64,000 bases of DNA from contig OY969934.1 of the NCBI GenBank assembly GCA_963704725.1, positions 3,296,001 through 3,360,000 of the forward strand, in the 5' to 3' direction. How positions within the stretch are numbered: position 1 is the first letter of the stretch; each line of letters starts with the position of its first letter. The stretch is from an uncultured Actinomycetes bacterium (lineage in GTDB: Bacteria > Actinomycetota > UBA4738 > HRBIN12). The translations under genes and the position numbers were made by a program. The notes below the pieces were generated by a model, which was given only the letters and a program-made list of their open reading frames with translations, made no database searches and was not told where the DNA came from. Of the stretch, positions 20,887 to 29,840 are shown piece after piece.

Positions 20887-23091
20887 GTGCCACCGGTCGA
20901 TATCGTCATGGTCGACGTGCATACGAACCAGGACTCCAGGGCCGCCGAGGACGAGCGCGAGCTCCGATCGGTCGCGCAGCTGCGATTCCTCCACGGGCTC
21001 GCCCCGAGGCTCAACGCCCTGGACGACGTCGGCGCGATCGCGCGGGCCATCACGGTCGAGCTGCAGACCCTCATCGACTACCACAACTGCCGGATCTACC
21101 TGCTGCTCGAGGACGGCATCACCCTGTGGCCGATCGTCTTCCGCGGCTCCCTCGGCGAGTACGAGAGCGAGACGTTCGAGGAGCTCGTGACGGTGGTCGG
21201 CGAGGGCATCACGGGGCATGCCGTGGAGGTGGGGCGGACCCACTACGCGCCCGACGCCCTCAACGACCCCGTGGGCGTGCAGATCGAGGGCACGTCACAG
21301 ATCGACGAGTCGATCCTTGCGGTCCCGATGAAGATCGGCGAACGGGTGAACGGCGTCATCGTCCTGTCGAACCTCGGGATCGACCAGTTCGACGGCGAGG
21401 ACATTCGCGTGCTCGAGGTCCTCGCCTCCCACGCCGCCGTCGCGTTCGAGAACGCGCGCCTCCTGCAGCAGGAGCGCGAGGCGGCCGAGACGGCGTCGGC
21501 GCTGCTCGGGCTGTCCCAGGCCCTGACCGGCGCCCACGAAACGACGACCGTCCTGGAGCGGGTGACGGTCGCGGTGCCGTCGCTCATCGAGTCCTCCGCG
21601 GTCTTCTCCTACCTCCGCGACCCGGAGACCGGCGTCTTCCGGCTCGCGACCCAGCGCGGCCTCTCCGCCGACCAGGAACGGGCGATCACCGAGGTCCAGC
21701 CCGAGATCGCCGCGAACCTGCTGTCCTCACTCTCGGAGGCGTTCATCCTGCCGGCCGAGGTCGCGGCGTCGCTTCCCCGCGAGTACCTGGTCTTCGACGA
21801 GCCGAGGCCCGCGATCATCCTCCCGCTGCGGTGGGAGCCCGACGGCCTGGCGGTGCTGGTGGCGACGGCCAAGACCCCCGGGTCCACGTTCTCGGACCGG
21901 GACCTCTCGCTGGCGCGCGGGATGGGCGACATCGCCTCGCTGGCCCTGGGGAGCGCCAAGCGGTTCCACGAGCTCGAGCGTTTCCACGAGCTCGTGGAGA
22001 GCCTCGACGCCATCTTCTGGGAGGCCGATCCCCCCTCGCTCGCGTTCAGCTTCCTGTCGCGGCGGGCCTCCGTCCTGCTCGGTCGGTCGAGCGACTGGGG
22101 CGAGGAGGGTCCGGCGGCCTGGGGCGACCACGTCCACGCCGAGGACAGGGAGCGGGTCGTGGGGGCCGTCCGGGAGCGCATCGCGGCGCCGGGCGACGAC
22201 CTCACGCTCGAGTACCGCGCCCTGGGACCCGAGGGCGAACCGATCTGGCTGCGGGACCTCGTCCACGTGGGGAGCGACGCGCGCGGCGCGACGCTGCTCC
22301 GCGGCCTGATCGTGGATATCACGGAGCGCAAGCGTGCGGAGCAGGCGCTGCAGCGGAGCGAGCAGAAGTACTCGGAGGCGTTCCGGCGCGAACGGGAGGC
22401 GACCCAGCGGCTGCGGGCGCTCGACGAGATGAAGAACACGTTCCTCGAAGCCGTATCGCACGACCTGCGGACGCCCCTCACCTCGATCCTCGGCTCGGCC
22501 GTCACGCTCGAGCAGGCCGGGATGGACATCCCGCGTGAGGACGCGGTCGACCTCCTGCGCCGGATCGCCGCCAACGCCCGCAAGCTCGAGCGCCTGCTCT
22601 CCGACCTGCTGGACCTGGACCGGCTGCAGCGGGGGATCGTCTCCCCGCAGCGACGCCGGACCGACGTCGCCGAGCTGGTGAGGCAGGCCGTGCGCGAGTC
22701 CGACCTCCTCGCCGGGCGGGACGTTCGGATGGAGGCCTCCGACGTGGTGGCCAACGTCGACGCCGCGAAGGTCGAGCGGATCGTGGAGAACCTCCTGGCG
22801 AACGCCGCCCGCCACACGCCGGAGGACTCCCCGCTCTGGGTTCGGGTGACCCGCGAAGGCCCCGGCGTGCTCATCGTGGTCGAGGACGCGGGCCCGGGTG
22901 TGACCGACGACCTCAAGCAGGCTGTCTTCGAACCATTCCGCCAGGGAGATGGTGGCCCCAACCCGTCACCCGGGGTCGGCGTGGGGTTGTCCCTCGTGGC
23001 GCGGTTCGCCGAGCTCCACGGCGGGCGGGCGTGGGTGCAGGACCGCCCCGGCGGGGGCGCGTCCTTCCACGTCTTCCTGCCCGACGCCTGA
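20887..23091 (+). CDS. Cytoplasmic GAF-GAF-PAS sensor histidine kinase
   Basis: SHDLRTPL H-box, ENLLANA N-box, DAGPG, GVGVGL; GAF and PAS (HVHAEDR) regions; no TM. Confidence 0.92.
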   Translation: MPPVDIVMVDVHTNQDSRAAEDERELRSVAQLRFLHGLAPRLNALDDVGAIARAITVELQTLIDYHNCRIYLLLEDGITLWPIVFRGSLGEYESETFEELVTVVGEGITGHAVEVGRTHYAPDALNDPVGVQIEGTSQIDESILAVPMKIGERVNGVIVLSNLGIDQFDGEDIRVLEVLASHAAVAFENARLLQQEREAAETASALLGLSQALTGAHETTTVLERVTVAVPSLIESSAVFSYLRDPETGVFRLATQRGLSADQERAITEVQPEIAANLLSSLSEAFILPAEVAASLPREYLVFDEPRPAIILPLRWEPDGLAVLVATAKTPGSTFSDRDLSLARGMGDIASLALGSAKRFHELERFHELVESLDAIFWEADPPSLAFSFLSRRASVLLGRSSDWGEEGPAAWGDHVHAEDRERVVGAVRERIAAPGDDLTLEYRALGPEGEPIWLRDLVHVGSDARGATLLRGLIVDITERKRAEQALQRSEQKYSEAFRREREATQRLRALDEMKNTFLEAVSHDLRTPLTSILGSAVTLEQAGMDIPREDAVDLLRRIAANARKLERLLSDLLDLDRLQRGIVSPQRRRTDVAELVRQAVRESDLLAGRDVRMEASDVVANVDAAKVERIVENLLANAARHTPEDSPLWVRVTREGPGVLIVVEDAGPGVTDDLKQAVFEPFRQGDGGPNPSPGVGVGLSLVARFAELHGGRAWVQDRPGGGASFHVFLPDA

Positions 23092-23106
23092 CCGCGTCGG
23101 GGCCCA

Positions 23107-23481
23107 TCACTCCTTCGGGGCGAAGGTCTGGAAGAACGTCGGGAACGTCAGCACCAGCCCGGCCACGACCAGGATCCCGGCCCACAGGAACACCGTCCGC
23201 GGGGTCGGGTCCTTCCCCCGCAGCAGCGCGGTGAGCACCACCCACGAAAGGACGAACGCCGTGACCGCCAGGATCGTCTTGCCCGCGAGCGGTCCGACCG
23301 CATCCGACCACTGCAGGGCCGACGCGAAGTCCGCGCTCGCCTCCGAGATCGTCGTGAGGATCCCCAGCACCAGCGCCCCGATCCCCGCCGCGAGGAACAC
23401 CGCGGCGACCGGGCCGAAGGGCTTGTCCGTGGTGACGGCCCCGACGTTCGTCCCCATGTCCTCCGATGTCTGCATCATCAC
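23107..23481 (-). CDS. Hypothetical membrane protein (3 TM)
   Basis: GAGGAG RBS; hydrophobic segments; VGPLAGKT and TFPTFF motifs. Confidence 0.75.
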   Translation of the reverse strand: MMMQTSEDMGTNVGAVTTDKPFGPVAAVFLAAGIGALVLGILTTISEASADFASALQWSDAVGPLAGKTILAVTAFVLSWVVLTALLRGKDPTPRTVFLWAGILVVAGLVLTFPTFFQTFAPKE

Positions 23482-23488
23482 GCCCTCC

Positions 23489-24001
23489 TCACGAGACCGG
23501 GGCGGCCTTGGTGATGAACGCGCCCAGCGCGCCGGCGACGCCGGCGATCACGAACGCGGCCGTGAAGAACACCAGCAGCGCCTTCCGGACGCCCTGGTGT
23601 CGGATCAGCGACGTCCCGTAGTAGGTCACGGTGAACGCCACCGCCGTCGCCAGCAGGGGAGCGATCCAGGCGATGTGCTCCTTCCACTCCATCCCGAACT
23701 CGTGCCAGTCCGCGGTGCCCGGGTCCGCGAGCAGGAGGTTCTTCGGGCTCGTGGCTGCCGCGTCCCGATACCAGGGGTAGACGATCCACGACCCGGTGAT
23801 GACGGTCAGCCACGCCGCCCCGGCCATCGTCCACGTGCCGATCGCGAGCCTCCGGGTTCGTCTGGCCACCCCGGCCTCGGTCAGCTGCCCTTCGCGGAGG
23901 CTCCAGAACTCCGCCAGGCCGCCGGCGAAGGCCAGCAGGAACAGGGCTCCGAGCCCCATGCCGTGGATGACCGCCCACCACTCCCGATCCGAGAGATGCA
24001 C
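23489..24001 (-). CDS. Hypothetical membrane protein (4 TM, His-containing)
   Basis: GGAGGG RBS; IHGMGLG, VYPWYR, WHEFGMEWKEH motifs. Confidence 0.8.
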   Translation of the reverse strand: MHLSDREWWAVIHGMGLGALFLLAFAGGLAEFWSLREGQLTEAGVARRTRRLAIGTWTMAGAAWLTVITGSWIVYPWYRDAAATSPKNLLLADPGTADWHEFGMEWKEHIAWIAPLLATAVAFTVTYYGTSLIRHQGVRKALLVFFTAAFVIAGVAGALGAFITKAAPVS

Positions 24002-24115
24002 GTCAACCCCCTCCAGAGTCGTTGTGCGGCGATGGAACCTCGCGAGCCTACGCCTCCGGGCCCGCCGCAGCCAGCAACCAGGCATCGGGGCGCCGTCGAC
24101 GACCCGGGGATAGGT

Positions 24116-24188
24116 GAGGGCCGGGAGGCGGTGGGGGACTGAACCTCCCGGCCCTCGTTGTCGGGGTGCGATGGACTTATCCCGACAA
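24116..24188. terminator. Two adjacent hairpins after the dsrE-like gene
   Basis: GAGGGCCGGGAGG/CCTCCCGGCCCTC (24116-24156) and TTGTCGGG/CCCGACAA (24158-24188). Confidence 0.55.
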
Positions 24189-24192
24189 TCCC

Positions 24193-24720
24193 TCAGATGA
24201 AGAGCGTGATCGCGTTCTGCGCCTCCATCAACATCGTCGTCGCGCCGGCCGGCTCGCCGAGGCCGTCGATCATGTCCTCGCGCTTGAGCCCGAGCAGATC
24301 CATCGTCATCTGGCACGGCACGAGCTTCACGCCGAGATCCACGGCCATCTCGAGCAGCTCGCCGGGGCTGGCCACCTGATGGTCCTTGGCGAGGTGCTTC
24401 ATCATCGCGGGGCCCGCGCCGGCGAAGTTCATCTGGCCGAGCTTGAGGTGGTCGATGCCCGGCCGGTCCATCATCGAGACCATCTTCTGCATCCAGTTGT
24501 CGCCCGTGATGCGCTTGTTCTCCTTGACCACGGAGAACAGCCCCCAGAACGTGAAGAAGATGGTCGTGTCCATGCCCATCGCCGCGCCGGTGGTGGCGAG
24601 GATCATCTGCGGCCACACCTTGTCGAGCTCGCCCGACCAAGCGATGACCACGAGCCGGTTGTGCTGCGTGTGCGGGTGGTCGTGGACCGGGAGCTCGAGT
24701 GCCTGTTCCTGAACGGCCAT
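24193..24720 (-). CDS. DsrE/DsrF/DrsH-like sulfur carrier protein (long type)
   Basis: SGELDK, FFTFWGL, MNFAGAG, CQMTMDLLG. Confidence 0.9.
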   Translation of the reverse strand: MAVQEQALELPVHDHPHTQHNRLVVIAWSGELDKVWPQMILATTGAAMGMDTTIFFTFWGLFSVVKENKRITGDNWMQKMVSMMDRPGIDHLKLGQMNFAGAGPAMMKHLAKDHQVASPGELLEMAVDLGVKLVPCQMTMDLLGLKREDMIDGLGEPAGATTMLMEAQNAITLFI

Positions 24721-24732
24721 GATCGCTCCCCC

Positions 24733-24966
24733 TCACTTCTTCCGGATCACGAAGCGGAAGACGCTGTCCGCCTCGTCGTGCTCGACGAGCTCGTTGCCCG
24801 TGCTCTTGCACCATGCGTTGAAGTCGGCGACCGAACCCGGATCCGTCGCCAGCGCCTCGAGCAGGTCGCCCGACGCGAGCTCCTTCATGGCCTGCGCCGT
24901 CTTCACGATCGGCAGCGGGCAGGACAACCCCTTCAGGTCCAGGCTCTTCGCGATCTGTGTGCTCAT
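24733..24966 (-). CDS. tusA: TusA family sulfurtransferase
   Basis: LDLKGLSCPLP, TDPGS. Confidence 0.92.
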   Translation of the reverse strand: MSTQIAKSLDLKGLSCPLPIVKTAQAMKELASGDLLEALATDPGSVADFNAWCKSTGNELVEHDEADSVFRFVIRKK

Positions 24967-26171
24967 GGTTGGCTCCTTCCGATGGGTGTCGGGCTCGCCG
25001 TGCTCTTGCCCGTGGGGATCGGCAGCGGGACGTTGTCCGGCATCCGGCCCTGCGGGATGGTCTCCCAGTAGATGCGGTTGAACATCCACTTGGCCGTGTG
25101 CCACACGAGGTTGGGCTGCGGCGGGGCCGGGGGGTGCTCGTAGTCGAACCGGAGCACGGTCGCCTTGCGGTTGCCGGTCTCCAGGAAGCACATGACCCGG
25201 CCGCCGTAGTTGGTCTTGGGGGCCGTCCCGTGCACAAGGCTGGCGATACGGCTCGCGACGACCGGCGCCTCGAAGTGCGCCGTGGACCCGCTCTTGCTGA
25301 TGGGCAGGTTGGTCGCGTCGCCCATGGCGAAGATGCGCTCCTGCCCCTCGACCTGGAGCGTGTGCCGGTCGGTGGGGAGCCACCCCGCGGCATCTCCGAG
25401 GTGCGAGTCCGACACGATCTGCTGCCCCCGATGGGGCGGCACGAGCACCAACAGGTCGTACTCGTCCTTCTCTCCTTCGAGCGAGGACACCGTGTGCGCG
25501 GACGGGTCGACCTCCTCGACGTTGAAGAACGTCGTGAGCCCGATGCCGCGCTGCTCGAGGATCGGCTGGATCACCTTGCTTGCCGACTCGATCGTGAACG
25601 CCCGGTTGAGCGGCGAGAGCAGCCGCACCTCGCTTCGCCCGCGGATGCCGCGACGGCGCAGGTACTCGTCGACCATGAAGACGAACTCGATCGGCGCCGG
25701 CGGGCACTTGTACGGGATGCCGGCGATGCCGACGAGGATGCGCCCTCCCGAGAAGCGCCGCAGCGCCTCGCGGAGGCGCTGCGCGTCCTCGAGCGAATAG
25801 AAGCCGTGCGCGTCCTGGACGAGTCCGGGGATCTGGTCGTGCACCAGTCGGGCCCCGGTCGACATGACGAGGTAGTCCCAGTCGAGGCTGCCGCCCCGTT
25901 CGAGCTGGACGGTGCCGGCGTCGGGGTGGACGCGGACGGCGCGCTCGACCACGAGCTCGACGTCCCGGCGGAGCAGCGTCCGCTCGTCGCGCACGAGCCA
26001 CCGCCCGTTGGCCTGCCCCAGGGCCACGTAGAGGTAGCCCGGCTGGTAGTGATGCATGCCGGTGGGGTCGACCACCGTCACCTTCACGTCGCGCCCGAGC
26101 TCCTTCGAAAGGAGGTTGGCGGCGAGGGTGCCTCCCACCCCGCCACCGAGCACGACGACCCTTGCCGGCAC
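24963..26171 (-). CDS. sqr: Sulfide:quinone oxidoreductase-like flavoprotein (probably type III)
   Basis: GGGVGG FAD fold, YQPG, YKCPPAP, PPHRG, GDAT, CFLETG. Confidence 0.85.
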   Translation of the reverse strand: MPARVVVLGGGVGGTLAANLLSKELGRDVKVTVVDPTGMHHYQPGYLYVALGQANGRWLVRDERTLLRRDVELVVERAVRVHPDAGTVQLERGGSLDWDYLVMSTGARLVHDQIPGLVQDAHGFYSLEDAQRLREALRRFSGGRILVGIAGIPYKCPPAPIEFVFMVDEYLRRRGIRGRSEVRLLSPLNRAFTIESASKVIQPILEQRGIGLTTFFNVEEVDPSAHTVSSLEGEKDEYDLLVLVPPHRGQQIVSDSHLGDAAGWLPTDRHTLQVEGQERIFAMGDATNLPISKSGSTAHFEAPVVASRIASLVHGTAPKTNYGGRVMCFLETGNRKATVLRFDYEHPPAPPQPNLVWHTAKWMFNRIYWETIPQGRMPDNVPLPIPTGKSTASPTPIGRSQP

Positions 26172-26178
26172 GCCTAGG

Positions 26179-26418
26179 TCACCGAGCCTTCCGCACCACG
26201 ATGCGGACGAACCCGTCCTCCTCCTGGAGGTCGACGAGCTCGTGACCGGCCTTGCGGATCCACGCCGGGATGTCGGTGCGCGATCCCTCGTCCGAGGAGA
26301 GAACCTCGAGCATGTCGCCCACCTCGCCCTCACGGATCGCGCCGATCAGGCTCATGAGCGGTCCCGGGCACGGCATGCCGCGGGCATCGATCGAACGGGT
26401 CACGTTGGCGGTCGTCAT
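26179..26418 (-). CDS. tusA: TusA family sulfurtransferase
   Basis: IDARGMPCPGP, SSDEGS. Confidence 0.92.
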   Translation of the reverse strand: MTTANVTRSIDARGMPCPGPLMSLIGAIREGEVGDMLEVLSSDEGSRTDIPAWIRKAGHELVDLQEEDGFVRIVVRKAR

Positions 26419-26430
26419 CTCGTACCTCCT

Positions 26431-26835
26431 TCAGATGAAGGTCACGGGGCCGTCCACGTCCAGGAAGAACGAGGCGACCCCCTCCTGGTCGTCGACGAGC
26501 GGATCGAGGTCTTCGACCTTCAACCCGAACATCTCCATCGAGAGGGAGCAGGCGTGGATGGCCACCTGGCCGATGTCCTTCGCCTGCCGGAAGATCTCGC
26601 TCCAGTGCTGGCCGTTGTGCCGCCGGAGGGCGTCGAGCCCTTCGGGCCCGGCCTCCGGCGCGACCCCGTGGTCCTTGAGGACGCGATCCGCGCGGAACGC
26701 GTCGAGGGCCCAGTACTGGAGGAACACGCTGACCGGGCGGCCCATCGCGGCCGCGCCGGCCGTGAGCACGGCGGCGGCGTTCAACTTGTCATCGGTTCCC
26801 GAGAACAGGACCAACGACAGTGTGGACTCGTCCAT
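26431..26835 (-). CDS. DsrE/DsrF/DrsH-like sulfur carrier protein (short type)
   Basis: LVLFSGTDDKL, FLQYWAL, ACSLSMEM, GVASF. Confidence 0.88.
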   Translation of the reverse strand: MDESTLSLVLFSGTDDKLNAAAVLTAGAAAMGRPVSVFLQYWALDAFRADRVLKDHGVAPEAGPEGLDALRRHNGQHWSEIFRQAKDIGQVAIHACSLSMEMFGLKVEDLDPLVDDQEGVASFFLDVDGPVTFI

Positions 26836-26922
26836 CTCGCACCCCTTGTGTGTGTCCCCGTTGCCGTCACAGGTTGCGCAACCGGCGGGTCGCGGAGAGG
26901 GGTCCTCATGCCCGGGCCGTGC

Positions 26923-26937
26923 GGGACCTTCGGACCT
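26923..26937. promoter_or_regulatory. DosR/OsdR-like box
   Basis: GGGACCTTCGGACCT in the divergent intergenic region; weaker copies at ~26899 and ~26954. Confidence 0.5.
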
Positions 26938-27034
26938 CCGCCGATCGGGAGCCCCGGCTTCTGGCCCTTCGTTGGTTGCCTCGGCCACGCGACAGCCGGT
27001 AGCGTGGCGCGGTTCTCCCCCCACCCCCATGACC

Positions 27035-28249
27035 ATGGCCGAGCCACGGGACCACGCGAAGATGCCCGACGACGTCCTGCCCGACCCCGACCCGGGCCCC
27101 TCGATCACCGCCACGGCCACCGCCGAGGACGGTCCGGGCTCGGCGGCGGCCCCCGCCGGATCGCGACGACGGGACCGCGACTGGACGGCGATCGCCGCCA
27201 GGGTCGCGTACCTGTTGATCGCCCTCTTCCTGTTCGTGCTCGCGATCCAGCTCATGAAGGACGGAGCGAAGGCGTTGGGGCCGACCCTGTCCGACAGCCC
27301 GCTGTTCAGCAACCTCTTCTCGACGCTGGGCGCCGGCTGGCTGGGCGCCTACGTCGTCCTGTCGGGCTCGCCGGTGGCCGCCGTCGCGCTCAGCCTCTAC
27401 GTCGGTGGAGCGTCGACCGAGCTCCAGACCTTCACGATGCTCTCCGGGTCGAGGCTCGGAGCGTCCTTCGTGGTCCTCCTCGTGGGGTTCATGTACGCCC
27501 TGCGGAACCGAGGCCGGAACCGCGGGGAGTCGATCGGGATGGGCGTGCTCGCGCTCGGTCTCACCGCCGCCGTCTACGTGCCGGGGATGTTCATCGGCTA
27601 CGGGATCCTGAAGGCCGGATGGCTCAACGGGATCCGGTGGCACGCCTCCGGGGACGTCCAGTCGATGGTCGACTTCGTGTGGGGGCCGGCCCTGGACCTC
27701 CTGAGGGACCTGCCCGACTGGACGCTGCTGCCGATCGGGCTGGCGATCGTGCTCGTGTCCTTCAAGCTGCTCGACCGCGTCCTGCCCCAGCTCGATGGCG
27801 AGCGCCACGGCGGCAAGCGCGCGGAGTGGCTGAAGCGCCCCTGGCCGATGTTCCTGCTCGGCTGCGCCGTGGCCACGCTCACGCTCTCGGTCTCCGTCGC
27901 GCTCACGCTGCTCGTGCCGCTCGCGAGCCGGGGGTACATCAAGCGGCGCGAGGCCATCCCCTACATCATGGGGGCGAACATCACGACGCTCGCCGACACC
28001 CTCGTCGCGGCGATGGTGCTCGGCAACGCGGTCGCCGTCCAGATCGTCCTGGCTCAGGCCATCGCCGTCGCGGCCGTGTCGCTCGCCCTCCTGGCGTTCG
28101 CCTACCGGCCGCTGGTGGGCGGGATCATGGCGCTCGACGACTGGCTCGTGGCGTCCAACCGGCGTCTGTGGCTGTTCGTGGCCGGCCTGTTCATCCTGCC
28201 GGCGATCCTGCTCACGTCCGGCGTGTGGATCGGCCCGATCGCCCGTTGA
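27035..28249 (+). CDS. Na+/phosphate symporter-like membrane protein
   Basis: Multiple TM; LSGSP, GSRLGAS and YIMGANITT repeats of the Na/Pi cotransporter type. Confidence 0.7.
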   Translation: MAEPRDHAKMPDDVLPDPDPGPSITATATAEDGPGSAAAPAGSRRRDRDWTAIAARVAYLLIALFLFVLAIQLMKDGAKALGPTLSDSPLFSNLFSTLGAGWLGAYVVLSGSPVAAVALSLYVGGASTELQTFTMLSGSRLGASFVVLLVGFMYALRNRGRNRGESIGMGVLALGLTAAVYVPGMFIGYGILKAGWLNGIRWHASGDVQSMVDFVWGPALDLLRDLPDWTLLPIGLAIVLVSFKLLDRVLPQLDGERHGGKRAEWLKRPWPMFLLGCAVATLTLSVSVALTLLVPLASRGYIKRREAIPYIMGANITTLADTLVAAMVLGNAVAVQIVLAQAIAVAAVSLALLAFAYRPLVGGIMALDDWLVASNRRLWLFVAGLFILPAILLTSGVWIGPIAR

Positions 28250-28253
28250 GCGC

Positions 28254-29840
28254 GTGGCCGACCTGCTGATCGCCGGCGCGACGATCGTCGACGGGACCGG
28301 AGCGCCCGCCCGTCCGGGGTCGGTGCTCGTGTCCGGGAACCGGGTCGAGGCGGTGCTCGAGCCGGAGAGCCCCGAGCCGGCGGACGTCCGTCGCGTCGAC
28401 GCACGCGGCCACGTCGCCGCGCCGGGCTTCATCGACGCGCACAGCCACTCCGACGTCTCCCCGCTCGTCGAGCCCACGATGGACTCGATGCTCCGGCAGG
28501 GCGTGACGACCGTCGTCGTGGGCAACTGCGGGTCGTCGGCCTTCCCGCCGGCCGGCCTGGACGACGTCGCGGCGCTCGCCGGGGTGGCGGCCGCGGACCT
28601 GGGTGCGCCGTGGACGACGTTCGGGGGCTACCTGCAGCGCCTCACCGAGTCCCGTCCCGCCGTGAACGTCGCGCCGCTGGTCGGACACGGTGCACTTCGC
28701 CTGCAGGTCCGGGACGAGCAGCGCCGGCTGCCCACCCGCGACGACCTCGGGCGGATGGGCCGGCTCCTGGAGGAGGCCCTCGACGAGGGTGCGTTCGGCA
28801 TGTCGACCGGGCTGATCTACGCCCCCGGGCTCCACGCCGGGATCGACGAGCTCGTCGAGCTCGCCGGGACGATGGCGCGACGAGGAGGGCTGTACGCGAG
28901 CCACGTCCGCGGCGAGAGCCTGCGCGTCTTCGACGCGGTCGCCGAGTGCATCGAGATCGGACGCCGGGCCGGCGTGCCCTCCCACGTGAGCCATCTGAAG
29001 GTCGAGGGCCGCCGGATGTGGGGGCGCGCGGCCGATCTGCTCGCATCGATCGACGACGCCCGGGCGCGCGGGGACGACGTCAGCGCCGACCAGTACCCCT
29101 ACACGGCGTGGGAGACCTCGCTGTCGACGACGCTTCCGCCGTGGGTCACGCCGGAGGAGCTGAGCGGGGTCGTGGAAGACCCTCGGTCTCGGGGCCGGCT
29201 GGTGGACGCCGTCGAGAACGGCGAGCCGAGCTCGGAGAACGTGGGTCCCGGGCTCGGATGGGATCGGATCGTGGTCGGTTCGCACGTGCCCGATCCCTCG
29301 GTCACCGGCCGGACCATCGCCGAGCTCGCCGCCGAGCGCGGGCTCGGACCGGCCGAGGCCGTGCTGGAGCTCCTGCTCGCCGATCCGCACACGGGGATGA
29401 TCGGGCACGGGATGCGCGAGGACGACGTCCGCACGATCCTGTCCCGCCCCGACGTGCTCGTCGGGACGGACGGCCTCGCGGTCTCGCCCCGGGGTCCGCT
29501 CGGCGCCTACGCCGTCCACCCCCGCTACTACGGCACGTTTCCCCGGATCCTCGGGACCTACGTCCGCGAGGAGGCTTTGCTCTCGCTCGAGGACGCCGTC
29601 CGCAAGATGACCGCGCTGCCCGCCGATCGCTTCGCGCTCGCAGGTCGCGGCCGGCTCGAGCCCGGCGCGATGGCCGACCTGGTGGTGTTCGATCCCGAGC
29701 GGATCGCCGATCGCGCCACCTACGCGCTGCCGCACGCCTTCGCCGAGGGCGTGGAGCTCGTCGTCGTGAACGGACGGGTGGCGTGGGACGGGAGGCTCCA
29801 TGAGCGAGCCGGACGCGCCCTTCGCCGAGGTGAGGTCTAG
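28254..29840 (+). CDS. N-acyl-D-amino-acid deacylase (amidohydrolase)
   Basis: PGFIDAHSHSD, GNCG, MSTGLIY, SHVRGE, DQYPY, HPRYYGTFPR. Confidence 0.93.
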   Translation: MADLLIAGATIVDGTGAPARPGSVLVSGNRVEAVLEPESPEPADVRRVDARGHVAAPGFIDAHSHSDVSPLVEPTMDSMLRQGVTTVVVGNCGSSAFPPAGLDDVAALAGVAAADLGAPWTTFGGYLQRLTESRPAVNVAPLVGHGALRLQVRDEQRRLPTRDDLGRMGRLLEEALDEGAFGMSTGLIYAPGLHAGIDELVELAGTMARRGGLYASHVRGESLRVFDAVAECIEIGRRAGVPSHVSHLKVEGRRMWGRAADLLASIDDARARGDDVSADQYPYTAWETSLSTTLPPWVTPEELSGVVEDPRSRGRLVDAVENGEPSSENVGPGLGWDRIVVGSHVPDPSVTGRTIAELAAERGLGPAEAVLELLLADPHTGMIGHGMREDDVRTILSRPDVLVGTDGLAVSPRGPLGAYAVHPRYYGTFPRILGTYVREEALLSLEDAVRKMTALPADRFALAGRGRLEPGAMADLVVFDPERIADRATYALPHAFAEGVELVVVNGRVAWDGRLHERAGRALRRGEV

